Shown here: one piece after another, positions 17,698-27,005 of the stretch
How positions within the stretch are numbered: the stretch's first letter is position 1
Layout: each line of letters begins with the position of its first letter
Position numbers and translations under genes: made by a program
The notes under the pieces: generated by a model
Databases searched by the model: none
What the model was told of the DNA's origin: nothing
What the model saw: only the letters and a program-made list of their open reading frames with translations
Assembly: GCA_014727815.1 (NCBI GenBank)
Contig: WJMS01000257.1
Location: forward strand, 1 to 60,577
From: a candidate division GN15 bacterium
Lineage (GTDB): Bacteria > Zixibacteria > MSB-5A5 > GN15 > FEB-12
Direction: 5' to 3'
Length of the DNA stretch: 60,577 bases

Positions 17698-19527
17698 CTA
17701 CTCCGACTGCTCGGACTTCAGCCGCAGCCGAGCCTGCTCAATATTGTTCTTGGTGGCCTCGTTGTTCGGGAAGACCTCCAGCACCTGCTCCCAGGCCTCG
17801 ATCGCATGCTGGTACTCCTGGTTGCGCATGTGCCGAATCCCCTCCAGGTACAACGGCCAGATATCCGGGTTGGCCTGCAAATCTTCGAGCGTCGATGGTT
17901 TCGCCAGCGCCGACGAGATCCGGTTGAGATAATCCTGGGCGACCGCATTCGAGGGATCCGTGCGCAACACCGAACGGAACCGCTGGCGGGCCTGCTGGTA
18001 ACGCCCGCGCTGGAACAGATCGATCGCCAGCTGCAACTGCTGCGCCGCGTCAAGACCGGTCAGCGCCCGTTGACGGGCCTGCTGCGCCTCATCGTTGTCC
18101 GGATCCAGTTCCAGCACCCGGTTGTACGCTTCAATAGCATCAACCGTCCGGCCGTCCTCCCGCGCTGCCCGCGCCTCCGACAGCTTCTTCGACACCTCCG
18201 CCTCGGTGATCATCTGGATCTCACTGTTCATCGCCAGCGCCCGAATATTCCGCGGATCGATATCAAGCACGAGCTGCAGCATATCCTCGGCGGCTGCGTA
18301 GTACTTCTTGTTCTTGAACGACTCCGCCTGGGCGAGATAGCGCTCAACAAACTGCTGGATCTCCTGCTCCGCCATCTCCAGCTTGCGCGCCTGCTTCTCC
18401 TTCTGCTCCAATTCCTGTTCGATCGAACTGATCGTCCGGGCAATCTCCTGATTGTCCGGATCGAGCGTCAGCACCTGGCGGTAGTAATGCAGCGCCGAGT
18501 CAAGTTCGAGCACATGGAAGAACTCCGATGCCTTGTCGGTCAGCTCCATGATCCGCAACTCCCGCTCGGTCGGTGGCGGCGGTGGCGGCGGCGGCTCATA
18601 CGTCGGCTTCTCCGCAAACCGTTCCGCACTCGGCGCCCCGAGCAGGAACGACAGCGAAAAACGATGGCTGTCCTCGATATAATCCATCAGCTTGTAGGCA
18701 TAGTCGATCTGGATCGGCCCCGCCCGCAAACCGGCCCCAAAAGCCAGGTTGTCCCGGTCATACCCCATCCGAAGGGCATACCGGTCGTAAAACTTCAACT
18801 CGCCCCCCGCATGCACTTTCAGATCGCGGTCGGCAAAATGCTCTACATCAACGCCCGCGCTGACCTTCAGCGGCGCCACCAGGCGAATGTCACGCAAAGC
18901 CATCCCCCCGACAATTGCACGCGGAACTTCCTCGGTCGATGCTTCCAGCTTGAGATTCGGCTGCACCAAATCCCGGGCCGTCACACCCAACGACACATGA
19001 TCGTGCAGATCAACCAGCACCCCCACATCGGCCCCAACCGCCCAGTCGGAGAACGTATCCAGCGACTGATTGACCGCCTTGAAACTGGCGCCAACCGAAA
19101 ACGTCCCGCTCAGCCGTCGGCCGTACGAGAAGATCGCCTGCGAGGTCGAGTAGTCGAACTCCCCCGTCGTGGCGCCGTCAACCCGGCGGATAATCTCATC
19201 GGTGCCGATCCGCATGAAACTGAAGCCGATACCATCGTTACGCGAAATCGGGTAGGCCCAGGTTCCGCTGTTGTAAAGCGTCCCCTCGAACAGCGTTGTG
19301 TGCAGAAGTGAAACCTCGTGAAAATCGAGTCGGGACAAACCGGCCGGATTGTAAAACACCGTCGATGCATCGTCGGCCGTCGCGGTAAACGCCGCCCCCA
19401 TACCGAGCGCCCGACCACCCGTGCCGAGACTGAACAACGATTCCCGACCGGCATCCTGCGCCGAACCGACAACCGGCACAAACAGCATGAAAGCCAAAAC
19501 CACTATGAGCAGGCGATGACCCATCAT
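17698..19527 (-). CDS. FadL/PorV-like outer-membrane beta-barrel fused through a poly-Pro linker to a TPR array
   Basis: Signal peptide MMGHRLLIVVLAFMLFVPVVGSAQD. GRALGMGAAFTATADDASTVFYNPAGLS is a FadL/PorV-type signature, with alternating beta-strand pattern to ~aa 330. Then PPPPPPPP and at least 7 TPRs. ATG at 19527 abuts the upstream stop. Confidence 0.75.
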   Translation of the reverse strand: MMGHRLLIVVLAFMLFVPVVGSAQDAGRESLFSLGTGGRALGMGAAFTATADDASTVFYNPAGLSRLDFHEVSLLHTTLFEGTLYNSGTWAYPISRNDGIGFSFMRIGTDEIIRRVDGATTGEFDYSTSQAIFSYGRRLSGTFSVGASFKAVNQSLDTFSDWAVGADVGVLVDLHDHVSLGVTARDLVQPNLKLEASTEEVPRAIVGGMALRDIRLVAPLKVSAGVDVEHFADRDLKVHAGGELKFYDRYALRMGYDRDNLAFGAGLRAGPIQIDYAYKLMDYIEDSHRFSLSFLLGAPSAERFAEKPTYEPPPPPPPPTERELRIMELTDKASEFFHVLELDSALHYYRQVLTLDPDNQEIARTISSIEQELEQKEKQARKLEMAEQEIQQFVERYLAQAESFKNKKYYAAAEDMLQLVLDIDPRNIRALAMNSEIQMITEAEVSKKLSEARAAREDGRTVDAIEAYNRVLELDPDNDEAQQARQRALTGLDAAQQLQLAIDLFQRGRYQQARQRFRSVLRTDPSNAVAQDYLNRISSALAKPSTLEDLQANPDIWPLYLEGIRHMRNQEYQHAIEAWEQVLEVFPNNEATKNNIEQARLRLKSEQSE

Positions 19528-22500
19528 TTCACCACCGCCACTTTCAGGAGCTTCTGGTCGCCGTTGATCACCGTGCGCAACAAGGCGATATACACGCCGT
19601 TCAGCACCGTATGCCCCTCGCCGTTGCGACCGTCCCACTCCAGCACATGACTGCCCGCGTCGGTACCGGCCTCACCGAGCGACCGCTCGATGCTGTACAC
19701 TTCTTCCCCGGTCAGCGTCAGGATCCTGAACTGAATCGGCGTCGCCTCGGCCAGCTCGTACGAGAAGACCGCCGGTTCGTAATCGGGGTTAAACGGGTTA
19801 TCCCGAATCGTCAGCGACTGCGCTCCCGCAGACACCGCCGTGATATTCTGTGAGAAAATCGAACCGTCAGGACTGCCCGGCGTCATCGCGCCGGTCGACT
19901 CACCGGCAAAGGGACCGGCCAGGTACGTCGAGACAATATCGTCGGCGGTGAACTCGATCCGGAAATCATCCGGCGCGCCCGACTTGATTCGCGCCCGGAA
20001 CGTCAAAAAGCGCTGCTCCCCCTCATCGATCACGTAATTGTCGAACGTCATGATCAAACGCTCGGTCCCGGCGGTGGCGGTAGTGACTATCTGTCCGCCC
20101 TCGGCGAAACCGGTCGCCGATGTTTCCACTATCGACCGCACCGACACCGGTTGCCCGCTGCGATCGACAAACGACATGCCGATCTGTTCGATCTCGATCG
20201 GCGAGCGCGCCGACAAACCGCGATTGGTAAGATAGAGTGTGAAGATCTCGGCATCTCGACCGCGCGCCACCAGATTGCCCGGCTGCGCTTCGCTCTCGAC
20301 AACCAGGTCCGACTGCATCGAGGACACCTGCACCCGGAGCGTACAGGCGGTGAAATTTATCTGGGCCGGATCACCGGTGTTCAACGCCATCGGCGTCTCG
20401 AGCAGCTCAAACGCAACCGTCGCCAGCGTATCGAAATCAGGCGCCGTCAAAATGAAACTTATCGAACTGTCGGCATCGATCTCGCCCAGCGTCGGATCTG
20501 CAACCCCGAGGTTCAGCCCGAATGTCGACATGGAATAGTCCGAGGTCACCACCTCGCCCTGCCCCTCATTCGAGAGCGAGGCCACCAGGGCAAACCGCTC
20601 GCCAACCCCGACATAGTCCGCGTCGAGTCCGGCAAACTCACACGTCAATACCAGGCTGGCCGGCGTCTGCACCGTCACCAGCGCTTCATTGTCCACCGGC
20701 TCCAGCACCTCGGCCCCGGTCGACAGTACCTCGACCGTAAACGTCTCCGCCAGGTTTGATACGACCGAAGCCGTTACCGGGATCATCACGTCAATCGTGT
20801 CATACGCCGGAATACTGCCGACCATGACCGTGTCCTGGGATGGCTGAGACTGGCCGTTGGTTGCAATGACCACCTCGACGTCGGTTGCCTCGCGATCGGC
20901 CAGGTTGGCTACCCTGGCCGTAACTTCGAACTGCTGGTTGGTGTTGACGAACGGTGCATTTGGCACCCCCGTGATCTCCGTCTCGACCAGCTGGATGGCG
21001 ATCGGCGTCAGTATCTCGATCTGCTGTCCGGCAAACGATGTCTCCAGCCGAGCTGAGTTGCCCAACCCGATCTCACGATACGAAACCACCGCTTCGGCCG
21101 TCAACGTGTCCGGCGCCAGCTCGGCGGGAATCTGGATCGGATCGGCCGTCAGCAGGTTGATACCCGGGTTGAGCGTGCCGTTCTCTGCGCGAAGACTGAC
21201 CGTCGTTGAGAACGTACTGTCCACCACGCTGAACGTCGTGCGCGAGCCGACCAACTCCACCGGCTCGTCTCCGTCGAGCGAAACCTCGAACTCAAACGAC
21301 ACCGTCGCCCCACTGACCAACGAGGTAGGTGTCAGCGTCGTGTCGAGCGAACTGAGCGCCGGCGGCTGCTTGAGCAGCATCGAGTCAGCCACGACATTCT
21401 TGATAATGGTCGGCGGCGCGCCGGAATAAACGGCATAGTCAAACTCCACCCGATACCAGCCCGAGTCGATCAGCACCGTCCCTCCCGGAATGGCAATATT
21501 GCGGTACTGCAGGATATCCGGCTGCGGCTGGGTGTAACTGGGCGTGCCGGAAAACAGGGTCGAGACTACCGTCCCGGCCGGGTCACGCACCAGGCGAATC
21601 GTCACCGGGGTGCTGTCGATATCGGTAACCACCGACTCCGCCCGCACGTCAAAGCCCAGCGTAAAATCAAGCCCGGTGTAGATACTGTCGGGCGAGACCG
21701 TGCCCGGGATGATCGTCAGCGATGGTGTCGGCAGGATCGAAACCGGGATCAGCAGCGTGTCGGCCGTGCTGTATACGGAATCACCCAGACTGAACCCCGA
21801 CATCAACTCGACCAGCAGCGTATCCTCACGCGGGGCCCCGGTGACCTCCGGAAGCAGCACCGAGACAGTATCGACCCGGCCGTTGTTCTGCCCATCGAAA
21901 AAGACCTTTACCGAGCCGCCACCCGACGTGAAATAGGTCCGGATCCAGGGATCCTCCGCCGGTAACAGCGAACCGTTGTTTTGAACGGGGACCGTGATCG
22001 AGGTCGGCACACCGGCGAATATCTGGGAAATCGAACTGCCGTCGGTGAAAAAGGCGCCGAGAATATCATAGCCGTTGAACGAGACAACGGTCGCATTGGA
22101 CGCGAGTGTATCGGCAAGCGCCGTGATATCTACCACCGCCGAAGGCCCCCGGTAGGTCACGCCAAGCGGCAGGAGATTGATCAGGCCGTTGCTGAAAAGT
22201 GACTGGTCATCGACTGTATCAGGTGTCAATTCACCCGCACTGGGAACCAACACCAGGGGCGAATCGACCAGACTATAGTCGGCCACCGGATCATCGTTTT
22301 CGTCAAACAGACGGATACGGGCATCGCCGCGCAGAGGATGACCCACCACCTGATTTGGATTGATAATCAAATCAATAGTAGTCAGGTCCTCGGTGCCGCC
22401 AGGCGTGGCGGTATCGGCATACACGGACAGTCCACCGATCGCGAGGACAAAAACGGCAAGTATGTAGATACAGTATTTCAGCGGTTGCACGAGGTATCTC

Positions 22501-22538
22501 AATCTCAACGCCAGAAAGCTACAAACATGATGCAACAA
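19524..22538 (-). CDS. large surface protein with CARDB-like repeats and T9SS-type (FlgD-Ig-like) C-terminal sorting domain
   Basis: 1004 aa, Thr/Ser/Val-rich beta-repeat protein. The C-terminus NPFNPDYEPAVFSYEL...HVLEWDGRNGEGHTVLNGVYIALLRTV...LLKVAVVK fits the Por secretion tail pattern. The start is ambiguous: TTG 22538, or GTG 22490 which gives a cleaner signal peptide. Confidence 0.8.
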   Translation of the reverse strand: MLHHVCSFLALRLRYLVQPLKYCIYILAVFVLAIGGLSVYADTATPGGTEDLTTIDLIINPNQVVGHPLRGDARIRLFDENDDPVADYSLVDSPLVLVPSAGELTPDTVDDQSLFSNGLINLLPLGVTYRGPSAVVDITALADTLASNATVVSFNGYDILGAFFTDGSSISQIFAGVPTSITVPVQNNGSLLPAEDPWIRTYFTSGGGSVKVFFDGQNNGRVDTVSVLLPEVTGAPREDTLLVELMSGFSLGDSVYSTADTLLIPVSILPTPSLTIIPGTVSPDSIYTGLDFTLGFDVRAESVVTDIDSTPVTIRLVRDPAGTVVSTLFSGTPSYTQPQPDILQYRNIAIPGGTVLIDSGWYRVEFDYAVYSGAPPTIIKNVVADSMLLKQPPALSSLDTTLTPTSLVSGATVSFEFEVSLDGDEPVELVGSRTTFSVVDSTFSTTVSLRAENGTLNPGINLLTADPIQIPAELAPDTLTAEAVVSYREIGLGNSARLETSFAGQQIEILTPIAIQLVETEITGVPNAPFVNTNQQFEVTARVANLADREATDVEVVIATNGQSQPSQDTVMVGSIPAYDTIDVMIPVTASVVSNLAETFTVEVLSTGAEVLEPVDNEALVTVQTPASLVLTCEFAGLDADYVGVGERFALVASLSNEGQGEVVTSDYSMSTFGLNLGVADPTLGEIDADSSISFILTAPDFDTLATVAFELLETPMALNTGDPAQINFTACTLRVQVSSMQSDLVVESEAQPGNLVARGRDAEIFTLYLTNRGLSARSPIEIEQIGMSFVDRSGQPVSVRSIVETSATGFAEGGQIVTTATAGTERLIMTFDNYVIDEGEQRFLTFRARIKSGAPDDFRIEFTADDIVSTYLAGPFAGESTGAMTPGSPDGSIFSQNITAVSAGAQSLTIRDNPFNPDYEPAVFSYELAEATPIQFRILTLTGEEVYSIERSLGEAGTDAGSHVLEWDGRNGEGHTVLNGVYIALLRTVINGDQKLLKVAVVK

Positions 22539-22801
22539 CTACCTCAAAGCAAACCCTATGCCTTGTATCCTAATGAGACACAAAGAAATACGGAAATTTT
22601 TTCCGCTGTGACGCCCCGTGTGTGCCTCCGTCTAACTAATTCAAACAAAATATCTTATTGCGGTCTGGGAAAGTAAAAAATCAGGCGGGCCGGAGTTTTC
22701 CACATTAATCCCGGCGATGTTGACAAATTGCGTCAGGGAAATGTGTAACCCCTTGCAAACTTGCGGCAGCCAAATTGCTACGAGCTCGCGACAAAGCAGC
22801 C

Positions 22802-23704
22802 CTACTTACCCGTAATCCGAGCCGCCGCCTCAACCGTATTCGACATCAACATCGCAATTGTCATCGGCCCCACCCCACCCGGTACCGGCGTAATCGCCGA
22901 GCATTTCGGAGCTACCTTATCGAAATCGACATCGCCAACCAGACGGTAGCCCTTTTCGGTGCTGCTGTCATCAACCCGATTGACGCCCACATCGATAACC
23001 ACCGCCCCCTCCCTGACCATATCCTCGGTGATCGTATCCGGACGGCCAATGGCCGCAATCAGAATATCAGCCCGCCGACAGACCTCGGCCAGATTGGCCG
23101 TGCGCGAATGGGCAATCGTAACCGTCGCGTTGGCCATCGGCGCCTTCTGTACCAGGATCGCCGCGATCGGCTTGCCGACAATATTCGAGCGGCCGACCAC
23201 GACTACCTGTTTGCCCGATGGATCGATCTCGTAGTGTTCGAGCAGCTTGACGATACCGTGCGGCGTGCACGGCAACAGGCCCGGTCGGCCGATCAACATC
23301 ATACCGACATTGAACGGATGAAACCCATCGACATCCTTGGCCGGATCGATCGCCAGAGTCACCGACAACTCATCCATATGCTTCGGCAGCGGTGACTGGA
23401 CCAGGATACCGTGAATCTGGTCGTTGGCGTTGAGATCATTGACGATACCCAGCAGTTCATCCTGCGAGATATCAGCGGGGCGGCGGATAACCTCCGAGTA
23501 GAGCTTCAGCTTCTCACACGCCCTCGCCTTGCTGTTGACATACGTCTGCGAGGCCGGGTCATCACCCACCAGCACCGCCGCCAGCCCGGGCGTCACGCCC
23601 GCGGCAGCAAGCCCCTTGATTCGATCCTTCAGGGCCCGTCGAACCGACTTGGCCACCTCTTTACCGTCGATAATCTGTGTCTTCTCGCCAACGCTCCCGC
23701 TCAC
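22802..23704 (-). CDS. folD: bifunctional methylenetetrahydrofolate dehydrogenase/cyclohydrolase
   Basis: 300 aa with [12 protein letters not shown]..., [35 protein letters not shown] and [14 protein letters not shown] motifs. Confidence 0.95.
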   Translation of the reverse strand: MSGSVGEKTQIIDGKEVAKSVRRALKDRIKGLAAAGVTPGLAAVLVGDDPASQTYVNSKARACEKLKLYSEVIRRPADISQDELLGIVNDLNANDQIHGILVQSPLPKHMDELSVTLAIDPAKDVDGFHPFNVGMMLIGRPGLLPCTPHGIVKLLEHYEIDPSGKQVVVVGRSNIVGKPIAAILVQKAPMANATVTIAHSRTANLAEVCRRADILIAAIGRPDTITEDMVREGAVVIDVGVNRVDDSSTEKGYRLVGDVDFDKVAPKCSAITPVPGGVGPMTIAMLMSNTVEAAARITGK

Positions 23705-24531
23705 TGATCCACCTCCGCCTGTTTGCGACTCTGGTACTCTTCCATGTCAAAACGAAGCATCAACCGTTCGATCTCCACCGCCCGCCCCGACTCGGCATCG
23801 ATCCGCACGATCACCCCGGCCAGCCGGACATCGTCACTCGCCGTCGTGAACCGCTTCGGCATGCCGGTCAGGAAACGCCCCAGCGACGGCCCCTTCTCCA
23901 TCCCGATAATCGAATCGTACGGCCCGGTCATGCCGGCATCGGTTAAATACGCCGTGCCCCGCGCGCTGATCGACTCATCGGCCGTCTGCACATGCGTATG
24001 GGTGCCGATCACGGCCGACACCCGCCCATCGAGATAATACGCCAGCGCCTGCTTCTCCGAGGTCGCTTCGGCATGGAAATCGACAAAGATGATATTCGTC
24101 TGCGACTGGATTCGTTTCACCTCACGCATGGCCGCCTGGAAAGGACAATCGAGATTGGCCATATACACCCGACCCATCAGGTTTATGACACCAATCTTCA
24201 CCGAGCCGACCTCGTCGACATACGAACCGCTGCCGGGCGCGGTCGGCGGGTAGTTGGCCGGGCGAATCAGCTTGGGATGCTCATTGAAGTAGTCGAGAAT
24301 GTCGACCCGATCCCAGATGTGGTTACCCGATGTCTGCAGGTTCATCCCGTACGAAAACATCTTCCGCGACATCTCGGGCGTCACCCCGAACCCGCCCGCA
24401 GCGTTTTCGACATTGGCGACGACGTAATCGATCTGGTACTGCTCGCGAAGCGGTTTGATCATGTGCGCGGCCGCCTGACGACCCGGCTTGCCGCAGATAT
24501 CCGCCACAAACAGCAGATTGAATGTGGACAT
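23701..24531 (-). CDS. ymdB: YmdB-family metallophosphoesterase (2',3'-cyclic-nucleotide phosphodiesterase)
   Basis: [13 protein letters not shown]...[15 protein letters not shown] and HAEATSEK are the TIGR00282-type pattern. Lies downstream of rny, as in Bacillus. Confidence 0.9.
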   Translation of the reverse strand: MSTFNLLFVADICGKPGRQAAAHMIKPLREQYQIDYVVANVENAAGGFGVTPEMSRKMFSYGMNLQTSGNHIWDRVDILDYFNEHPKLIRPANYPPTAPGSGSYVDEVGSVKIGVINLMGRVYMANLDCPFQAAMREVKRIQSQTNIIFVDFHAEATSEKQALAYYLDGRVSAVIGTHTHVQTADESISARGTAYLTDAGMTGPYDSIIGMEKGPSLGRFLTGMPKRFTTASDDVRLAGVIVRIDAESGRAVEIERLMLRFDMEEYQSRKQAEVDQ

Positions 24532-24614
24532 GGAAGCAACTTTCTAAGACGGAGACATAAAGCAAAAAGGCCGGAAGTGCTCCGCCGTCACCCCGGCTCC
24601 AACATCTCATAGTA

Positions 24615-24644
24615 GTGACGGGAGACTACTATATCTCCCGTCAC
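24615..24644 (-). other. 11 bp perfect hairpin in the rny-ymdB intergenic region
   Basis: gtgacgggaga-ctactata-tctcccgtcac. The nearby 12 bp palindrome cccgtcgacggg is at ~24659..24670. No U-tract. Confidence 0.5.
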
Positions 24645-24699
24645 TTAGCAACCGATTTCCCGTCGACGGGTTCCCGCAGCAACCCGACGACATCACATC

Positions 24700-26262
24700 T
24701 TACTTGGCAAATTCCGTATAGCGGCTCTCGCGAATCACCGTTACTTTGACCTGCCCCGGATACTGCATCTCGGCCTCGATCCGCCCGGCAATATCACCGG
24801 CCAGCACCGACGTCGCCAGGTCATCGATCGTCTCGTTTTCAACGATAACACGAATCTCCCGACCCGCCTGAATGGCATACGCCTTCGAAACGCCCTTGAA
24901 GCTGTCGGCCAGCTCCTCGAGCTGCTGCAGCCGCTTGATATACGCTTCCAGCGGCTCCCGACGGGCTCCCGGACGGGCGCCCGAGACCGCATCCGCCGTC
25001 TGCACCAGCACCGGGTACGGCGAGAGCATCGGCACATCACCATGATGCGACTCGATCGCATTGACCACCGCATCATGCTCCCGGAACCGACGCATGAAAT
25101 CGGCCCCGATCTGCGTGTGCGTCCCCTCGGTCTCCCGATCGATCGCCTTGCCGATATCGTGCAGCAGCCCGCAGCGCTTGGCCAACGGCGCATCCAGCTC
25201 CAGCTCGGCCGCCATCAGGCCGCACAGCATCGCCACCTCTTTTGAATGAGCCAGGACATTCTGGCCATACGACGTCCGGTAATTCAGCTTGCCGAGCAGC
25301 TTGACCACTTCCGGATGAAGCCCGTGTATGCCCAGCTCGAAACAGGCCTGCTCGCCCGCCTCCCGGACAATCACTTCCATCTCATTCTGGCACTTGGCCA
25401 CTACTTCCTCGATCCGGGTCGGGTGGATCCTCCCGTCCGAGATCAACCGCTCCAGCGCCATCCGCCCGATCTCCCGGCGCACCGGGTCATACCCGGACAG
25501 AATGACCGCCTCCGGGGTGTCATCAACTATCACATCGATCCCGGTACAGGTCTCAAAGGCCCGAATATTGCGCCCCTCACGACCGATAATCCGGCCCTTC
25601 ATTTCATCCGACGGCAGATTCACGACCGAAACGGTACTCTCCACCGTGTGATCGGCGGCACAACGATAGATCGCCGACATGATTATCTCGCGCGCCTCTT
25701 TCTCGGCGTCACGCTCGGCCTTTTCGCGAATCTCCTTGATATGCGCGGCAGCTTCCATCTTGGCTTCGCTGATCATGTTATCCATCAACTGCCGCTTCGC
25801 CTCTTCAGGGGTCATCTGGGCGATCCGCTGGAGCTTTTCGTTCTGGGAAGTAATAATGGCGTCGATCTCGTTCTCACGAATCTCGATGCCTTTCTGGCGG
25901 GTCTGGAGAGTCTTTTCTTTGGTAACGAGGTCCTTCTCGCGGCTGTCGATCCCCTCGATCCGTTTCTCCAGGGAGTTCTGCGTCTCTTCGACAGTCCGCT
26001 CAGCCTTCTCAACCTCGCGGCGGCGCTGGTCCATTTCCTTGTCGAAGCCCGATTTCTCCTTCATCCAGGCTTCGCGCGCTTCAAGGACCGCCTCCTTCTT
26101 TATAATCTCCGCTTCCTTCTTGGCCTCGGTGAGGATACGCCGAGACTCATTTCCGGCCGAGTCGAGTTTCTTCTTGTCGGCCCGCCTCGCCAAAAATATG
26201 GCCAGCAGAAAGCCGACAATCCCGACGCCGAGTGCCAGAAGCAGAGCAGTCAGCAGGTTCAT
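24700..26262 (-). CDS. rny: ribonuclease Y
   Basis: N-terminal TM helix, long coiled-coil, KH domain (GRIIGREGRNIRAFE) and HD domain (LLHDIGKA). 520 aa. Confidence 0.95.
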   Translation of the reverse strand: MNLLTALLLALGVGIVGFLLAIFLARRADKKKLDSAGNESRRILTEAKKEAEIIKKEAVLEAREAWMKEKSGFDKEMDQRRREVEKAERTVEETQNSLEKRIEGIDSREKDLVTKEKTLQTRQKGIEIRENEIDAIITSQNEKLQRIAQMTPEEAKRQLMDNMISEAKMEAAAHIKEIREKAERDAEKEAREIIMSAIYRCAADHTVESTVSVVNLPSDEMKGRIIGREGRNIRAFETCTGIDVIVDDTPEAVILSGYDPVRREIGRMALERLISDGRIHPTRIEEVVAKCQNEMEVIVREAGEQACFELGIHGLHPEVVKLLGKLNYRTSYGQNVLAHSKEVAMLCGLMAAELELDAPLAKRCGLLHDIGKAIDRETEGTHTQIGADFMRRFREHDAVVNAIESHHGDVPMLSPYPVLVQTADAVSGARPGARREPLEAYIKRLQQLEELADSFKGVSKAYAIQAGREIRVIVENETIDDLATSVLAGDIAGRIEAEMQYPGQVKVTVIRESRYTEFAK

Positions 26263-26272
26263 CGTGTCCTCC

Positions 26273-26293
26273 CGTTCGGTAACATACCGAACG
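26273..26293 (-). promoter_or_regulatory. 9 bp perfect stem-loop abutting the rny Shine-Dalgarno
   Basis: Minus strand: CGTTCGGTA-TGT-TACCGAACG, immediately followed by GGAGGACACGATG (the rny start). Confidence 0.55.
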
Positions 26294-26303
26294 CTGCAGT
26301 TCT

Positions 26304-26332
26304 ATTCTAAATGGGGATTGAGGAGATGAAAA
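26304..26332 (-). promoter_or_regulatory. candidate sigma-70 promoter of rny
   Basis: Minus strand: TTTTCA-17 nt-TAGAAT. The predicted start would place the 26273..26293 hairpin at the extreme 5' end of the mRNA. Confidence 0.35.
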
Positions 26333-26353
26333 TGCGGAATCGAGACGGCACGC

Positions 26354-26686
26354 TTACCGGTCAACCGGATCGTCGCCCAATGCAGCTTCGAGTTTCGCCA
26401 GCAGCGAGTCCATACGGGCCTCTGCCTGCTCGACCGCCTTAAGCGAGTCGCCCCGCTCGTTTGCTTCCGACGCAAACGACATGGCGGCCAGGATCGCCAC
26501 CTTGTCACGAGCGTGCGACCTCGATGCTCGAGCTACCTGTTTCATCCGCGAATCAACCATATCAGCGATCCGCGCGGTGTATTTCGGGTCGTTTTCCCCG
26601 GTGATCGGGTAATCCTCACCGAAAATCCTGACTACTACTCGGTTTTCCAGTGTCAGATCAGACATACCGACAGCAATATATTCCAA
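26354..26686 (-). CDS. zapA: cell division protein ZapA
   Basis: 110 aa. VVVRIFGEDYPITGENDPKYTARIADMVDSRMKQV plus a coiled-coil tail fits ZapA. An alternative start at Met8 is possible. Confidence 0.8.
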   Translation of the reverse strand: MEYIAVGMSDLTLENRVVVRIFGEDYPITGENDPKYTARIADMVDSRMKQVARASRSHARDKVAILAAMSFASEANERGDSLKAVEQAEARMDSLLAKLEAALGDDPVDR

Positions 26687-26726
26687 TTCCGAATATTCGT
26701 TATCCTATCCCACTATCTGACAAAAT

Positions 26727-26755
26727 CTTATACCTGATTGTAAGATTTTTGTCAA
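26727..26755 (-). promoter_or_regulatory. near-consensus sigma-70 promoter upstream of zapA
   Basis: Minus strand: TTGACA-17 nt-TATAAG. It is overlapped by the 9 bp inverted repeat aaaatctta (26722..26730) / taagatttt (26741..26749). Confidence 0.55.
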
Positions 26756-26762
26756 GAAAAAA

Positions 26763-27005
26763 CTACAGGCCCATCGACTCCAGCTCTTCGATCCGATTCA
26801 GCACCGAACTGAGCTTGGCCCGTACCGCCCCGGCCTGGTCATTCTGGGATAGTCTCAGCGAATCAAACTCCCGCTGCAGCTCGGCCATATCAGCCTTCAG
26901 CCCGCGGTTTTGCTCGCGCAGCCGACGGTTGTCGTCCTTCAACCGCTCCACCAGCGCCAGCAGCTTGTCCACCCGGTCTTCAATCCGGGCTAACTTGTCA
27001 CTCAT
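26763..27005 (-). CDS. small coiled-coil protein (ZapB-like)
   Basis: 80 aa, entirely heptad-like (LERLKDDNRRLREQNRGLKADMAELQ). The start overlaps the pheT stop by 4 nt. Confidence 0.55.
   Translation of the reverse strand: MSDKLARIEDRVDKLLALVERLKDDNRRLREQNRGLKADMAELQREFDSLRLSQNDQAGAVRAKLSSVLNRIEELESMGL

Noticed and set aside
19528-19638. 37-codon extension of the barrel-TPR ORF
   Set aside because: It overlaps the 3' end of the upstream 1004 aa gene. The signal peptide begins at the Met encoded at 19527.
22720-22748. Plus-strand TTGACA-18-TGTAAC promoter-like sequence in the folD / large-protein intergenic region
   Set aside because: It points into folD antisense with no plus-strand gene downstream, and the -10 is weak. 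A minus-strand TTTACT-17-GATATT candidate at 22648..22676 is also too weak to list as a feature.
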